A DNA stretch of 64,000 bases from Phycisphaerales bacterium (lineage in GTDB: Bacteria; Planctomycetota; Phycisphaerae; Phycisphaerales; UBA1924). The notes under the pieces are model-generated. The model saw only the letters and a list, made by a program, of their open reading frames with translations, was not told the origin of the DNA and made no database searches. Of the stretch, positions 60,303 to 64,000 are shown piece after piece. Both the position numbers and the translations under genes were made by a program. Location: NCBI GenBank assembly GCA_965227775.1, contig OZ245777.1, forward strand, positions 2,816,001 to 2,880,000, written 5' to 3'. How positions within the stretch are numbered: position 1 is the stretch's first letter; each line of letters opens with the position of its first letter.

Positions 60303-61355
60303 ATGCATCGACCGCTCCACTCGTGCGCCGCTCGGATGTTGCTTGCCGCAACTGGCTTGCTCGTGCTCGGCTGCACGCAGCAGGTGCGCATTCCCGATGC
60401 GCCGCCGGTGGACGAGCAGCCCGTGATGCGATTCGCCGGCTACGGCATGGAGCTCCGCACGTGGGCGCTCGACGCAACCTCGTGGAAGCGAGCTCGCAAC
60501 AACGCCGAGCTCGAGCAGCTGTATCGCGAGTGGCTGGCGATGGAGGCCGAGCGAGTCGCCGAAGAGGCGGCGGCCGAAGCCGAGACTCAGGTCGATCAGC
60601 CCGGGCCACGGCCCGAGCCCGATGATGGATTGCCCAGGACGTTCGAGCAATTCGTCGCCTCGCGTTCCGATTGGTCGACCGAGCAGCCAGGCGAAGGCGC
60701 GCTCGAGCAATACACCAACCTGCGAAACGCGCTCGAAGACAGTGCCGCGCGGCTGTGGACCCAGAACGGGCTACGTTTCGCGCTGGTGCCGATCGATGAA
60801 CTCACGAGCCTGCGCGATGCCTTGGGCGTGCCAGGCCCGCTGGAGCGAACCTGGTGGGGCGCCACCACGACGTGGTCGCACATGACCAAGGGCGTGCCGT
60901 TTTCATCGCAGCAGATCGACACCGATGCGGGGCCGCTCATTCTGGATAACGGCCGCTTGGCGCTCATCGGCAGGGTGTGGCCGGCCCCAGGCGTCACTGA
61001 ACCCGTGCTGCGCATCGAGTTTTGTCCGCAGTTCCTTCGGGCTGATGACACGGTTCGAACGTTCTCTGCCCGGCTCAAGGCCCGCCTCGAGACCACGAAC
61101 GCGCCACCCAGCGACATTGATGCGGGGCCGGTGTTCGAGCGGCTGCTCTTGCGAGGTTCGATTCCTCGCGGGTTTGCGCTCGTCGTGACGGCCGTCGACC
61201 ACGAGCGGCCCGAGGACCAGGTCGGACCGCTGCTCACCGGCTCGAGCATCGGACGGCTGACGCTGTCGGCGGTCGGCCCCGATGGCTCTTTGCGCCCGGT
61301 GGCGCTCGTCGTGGTGCCCGTGCTCCCCGAGCGGTTCTCGCTCGACGGGGGCTGA
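60303..61355 (+). CDS. Hypothetical lipoprotein
   Basis: Lipobox LVLGC after hydrophobic stretch. Confidence 0.6.
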   Translation: MHRPLHSCAARMLLAATGLLVLGCTQQVRIPDAPPVDEQPVMRFAGYGMELRTWALDATSWKRARNNAELEQLYREWLAMEAERVAEEAAAEAETQVDQPGPRPEPDDGLPRTFEQFVASRSDWSTEQPGEGALEQYTNLRNALEDSAARLWTQNGLRFALVPIDELTSLRDALGVPGPLERTWWGATTTWSHMTKGVPFSSQQIDTDAGPLILDNGRLALIGRVWPAPGVTEPVLRIEFCPQFLRADDTVRTFSARLKARLETTNAPPSDIDAGPVFERLLLRGSIPRGFALVVTAVDHERPEDQVGPLLTGSSIGRLTLSAVGPDGSLRPVALVVVPVLPERFSLDGG

Positions 61356-61466
61356 CCCGCACGGAACGCAGCCGCTTCGAAGCCGAGCAACCAGCTTCCT
61401 ACCATCGCACCCGAACGACGGATTCGCTCGGGCTTTCCCTGTCACGACTCGTGGAGCACGGCATCC

Positions 61467-62429
61467 TTGCAGAACCTGGTTTCGATCCTGTGGTTGCTGC
61501 TGGGCATCGTGCTGCTCGTGGGCGGGGCCGAGATCATGCTCCGCGGCGCCATATCGCTGGCCCGACGCCTGGGTGTGCCGACGTTCATCATCGGACTCAC
61601 GGTGGTAGCCTTCGGCACGAGCATGCCGGAACTGGCAACCGGCGTGGGCGCGGTGCTCAAGGACCAGGGCGACCTGATCGTCGGCACGGTGATCGGCTCC
61701 AACGTTGCCAACATCGGCCTGGTGCTTGGCATTGCATCGATCATCAAGCCCGCTCGTGTCCGCGGCGGCGTCGTGCGCCGAGAAGTACCGCTGCTCATCC
61801 TGGTGACGTTGGCATTCGTGGCGACACTCTTTGGCGGATCGGTCAGCCGGCTGGATGCCATCCTGCTCACGGTGGGTTTTGCAGCGTTCATCGGGTTGAC
61901 GCTCTACTCATCCAAGCACCTCGATCCCGAAGACTCGGCGCTGGTGATCGAGACCGAAGACGAGGACGGCAAGCCGCCTTCGGGCGTGTTCGTGAGTCTG
62001 GTCTTGGTTGCCATCGGGCTTGGCGCCATGGTCATTGGCTCGGATCGCGCGGTGCTCGGCGCAACCGATCTCGCGCGCGCCCTTGGCGTGCCGGCGTTTG
62101 TGATCGGTCTGACGATGGTGGCCCTCGGTACGTCGCTGCCCGAAGTCGTGACTACCGTGATGGCAGCGCTCAAGGGACACTCGGACCTTGCCGTGGGCAA
62201 CGTCCTTGGGTCCAATATCTTCAACGTGCTCTGCGTCGTTGGCGTGAGTGGGCTTATCGGCGCACTCCCGGTGCCGGACATTGCCGTGCAACGGGACGCG
62301 TGGGTCATGCTGGGCCTCACGCTGCTCCTGCTTCCGATCATGGTCACACGCTTCAACATCAGCCGGCTCGAGGGCTGTGTGCTCCTCACCGCCTATGCGG
62401 TCTACGTGACCCTGGTTGTTGTGCTCTAG
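61467..62429 (+). CDS. Ca2+/Na+ antiporter (CaCA, YrbG-like)
   Basis: Two alpha repeats: GTSMPE...GSNVAN and GTSLPE...GSNIFN; TTG start. Confidence 0.93.
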   Translation: MQNLVSILWLLLGIVLLVGGAEIMLRGAISLARRLGVPTFIIGLTVVAFGTSMPELATGVGAVLKDQGDLIVGTVIGSNVANIGLVLGIASIIKPARVRGGVVRREVPLLILVTLAFVATLFGGSVSRLDAILLTVGFAAFIGLTLYSSKHLDPEDSALVIETEDEDGKPPSGVFVSLVLVAIGLGAMVIGSDRAVLGATDLARALGVPAFVIGLTMVALGTSLPEVVTTVMAALKGHSDLAVGNVLGSNIFNVLCVVGVSGLIGALPVPDIAVQRDAWVMLGLTLLLLPIMVTRFNISRLEGCVLLTAYAVYVTLVVVL

Positions 62430-62551
62430 ACCCATAACCCAAACCTACGAAAAAATGCCGTGTTTCGAGCGGCCGAGCGGCCGCTCGGAGCCAACCAGAT
62501 GGCCGATGCAGCCGATGGAACGGATGAGCCTCTGACACCCGGAGATCGTCC

Positions 62552-63850
62552 ATGCTGCGCGTATCGATGCACGAAGCTGCTGAGGGCATGCGCCTTGCCA
62601 TGCCGGTATACCACCCCCAGCGCGGGGGCCCGGTTCTGCTAAAGGCCGACGTCGTGCTCGATGGCCGACTCATCGCCCGCCTGCGTGAGATCAACCTGCG
62701 CGAGATCTACATCCACTATCCGGGCATGTCGTTCCTTAGCCGGTTCGCCAGCCCGGCGGTCATGCAAGCCCGGGCCGAGCTCAGCCAGCACGTGCTGGCC
62801 GCGCTCGACGAGGTGGCGGCCAACGCCGTGGCCCGGCTCGACTACACCGCATACAAGCGCGCGGTCGTTGCGCTCATCGAACAACTCGTGCATGCGCCTA
62901 CGGCGGCGTACTACCTGGAAGAGCTCGCGACCGCAGATACACCCCAGGGTCGCCACGCGAACTCGGTGTGCTTCTTGAGCGTGCTGATGGGCCTGAAGCT
63001 GGGTGACTACCTCATCGCCGAGCGGCCCCGCCTGCATCCAAACCACGCGCGCGACGTGACCTCGCTCGGTGTTGGCGCCATGCTGCATGACGTTGGCATG
63101 CTGCGCCTTCCGCCCGAGGCGTTGCGACGCTGGAACCGCGAGCACGACCAGAGCGATCCGCACTGGCAGCGGCACGTCAAGCTGGGCTACGACATGATCC
63201 GTGACGGCGTGGATCCCTCCGCCGCCGCCGTGGTGCTGCACCACCATCAGGCCCATGACGGCTCGGGTTTCCCGCGGCGCAAACAACTTGGGGGCGGCTC
63301 AGTGCCGCTCAAGGGAAAGGAGATCCACGCGTTTGCGCGCATTGTGGCGGTTGCCGATGCGTTCGACCGCCTACGAGACAGCGGCGATGCCCCTGGAGCC
63401 GACTCGGTTCCCCAGACACGCCGTTCGACGGTCTCGGCCTTGCGTGAGATGGTGCTGGGCGAGACCGGCAAGCGGTTCGATCCCACGGTCATCAAGGCGC
63501 TGATCGCGTGCGTGCCTGCCTATTCGCCCGGCTCGGTCGTGACTCTGAGCGATGGGCGTCGTGCGGTGGTGTGCAACTGGCGGTGCGACGATCCATGCCG
63601 GCCCCGCGTCCTGCCGATCGGAGGTTTCGACCAAGCGGTCGGCGCGACGGCCCAAGGAGCCCAGGTCTTCGACAACGAAGAGCCCAAGCAGGTCGTCGAT
63701 CTGGCGTCGACACCCGATCTGCAGATCGCCGAGGCGGAAGGCTTCGAGGTTTCCAACGACAACTTCGTGCTGCCGAGCAATGAGTCCTTTGATCTGAGAC
63801 AGGCCGACCGCGAGCGCATCAACCGCGCCCAAACGCTCGAGACAACCTAA
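62552..63850 (+). CDS. HD-GYP domain protein
   Basis: HANSV, LHDVG, RHVKLG, HHHQAHDGSGFP, IVAVADAFD. Confidence 0.85.
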   Translation: MLRVSMHEAAEGMRLAMPVYHPQRGGPVLLKADVVLDGRLIARLREINLREIYIHYPGMSFLSRFASPAVMQARAELSQHVLAALDEVAANAVARLDYTAYKRAVVALIEQLVHAPTAAYYLEELATADTPQGRHANSVCFLSVLMGLKLGDYLIAERPRLHPNHARDVTSLGVGAMLHDVGMLRLPPEALRRWNREHDQSDPHWQRHVKLGYDMIRDGVDPSAAAVVLHHHQAHDGSGFPRRKQLGGGSVPLKGKEIHAFARIVAVADAFDRLRDSGDAPGADSVPQTRRSTVSALREMVLGETGKRFDPTVIKALIACVPAYSPGSVVTLSDGRRAVVCNWRCDDPCRPRVLPIGGFDQAVGATAQGAQVFDNEEPKQVVDLASTPDLQIAEAEGFEVSNDNFVLPSNESFDLRQADRERINRAQTLETT

Positions 63851-63859
63851 TCGAGTAAC

Positions 63860-64000
63860 TCAGCCTGTAGGCTTCACCGTCGACTCAGCCGAAGCCGACG
63901 CCACGGGTGCGGCCTCTGTGATCTCGTCCGATGCGGCTTGGTCAATCTGCACGCCATCGTCCTTAGCGAGTTCGGTGTCCTCGGTGCTCTCGGCCTGCGT
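63860..64000 (-). CDS. 3' end of a gene entering from the right edge
   Basis: Open frame TQAESTEDTELAKDDG...VKPTG-stop; acidic low-complexity tail only. Confidence 0.4.
   Translation of the reverse strand, partial: TQAESTEDTELAKDDGVQIDQAASDEITEAAPVASASAESTVKPTG

Overview
GC-rich bacterial chromosomal window, densely packed with about 60 mostly housekeeping genes. Gene content suggests Planctomycetota, probably Phycisphaerales (inference from a very long FliD, several membrane proteins ending in a CPxCGY..CPECG zinc ribbon, a fibro-slime protein, a split atp operon and an orphan nuoD). Recognisable genes include ruvX, atpBEFH, pgk, sthA, holB, fliS/fliD, purF, nuoD, tpiA, ahcY with an ArsR-methyltransferase regulator, asnB, queF/queE/queC, ychF, murA, hpf-ptsN-ptsH, an RND pump, degP, trmB, an AsmA-like protein, a LOG-family protein, a Ca2+/Na+ antiporter and an HD-GYP protein. 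The main finding, invisible in the ORF track, is a tRNA-Arg(CCU) gene (38187-38562) split directly after the anticodon by a 302-nt ORF-less group I intron (38224-38525). Its P1-P9 core can be paired by hand and it carries extra P7.1/P7.2 helices. Other points of interest are a stand-alone tRNA-Ile(GAU), a perfect palindromic operator candidate over the SahR-like regulator start, signal-peptide-like leaders on ATP synthase subunits c and b with a strong hairpin after atpE, tandem zinc-ribbon membrane paralogs with a variable middle, and several apparently leaderless genes. No CRISPR array, rRNA, transposase or prophage was seen. All calls come from reading motifs by eye; no database searches were run.
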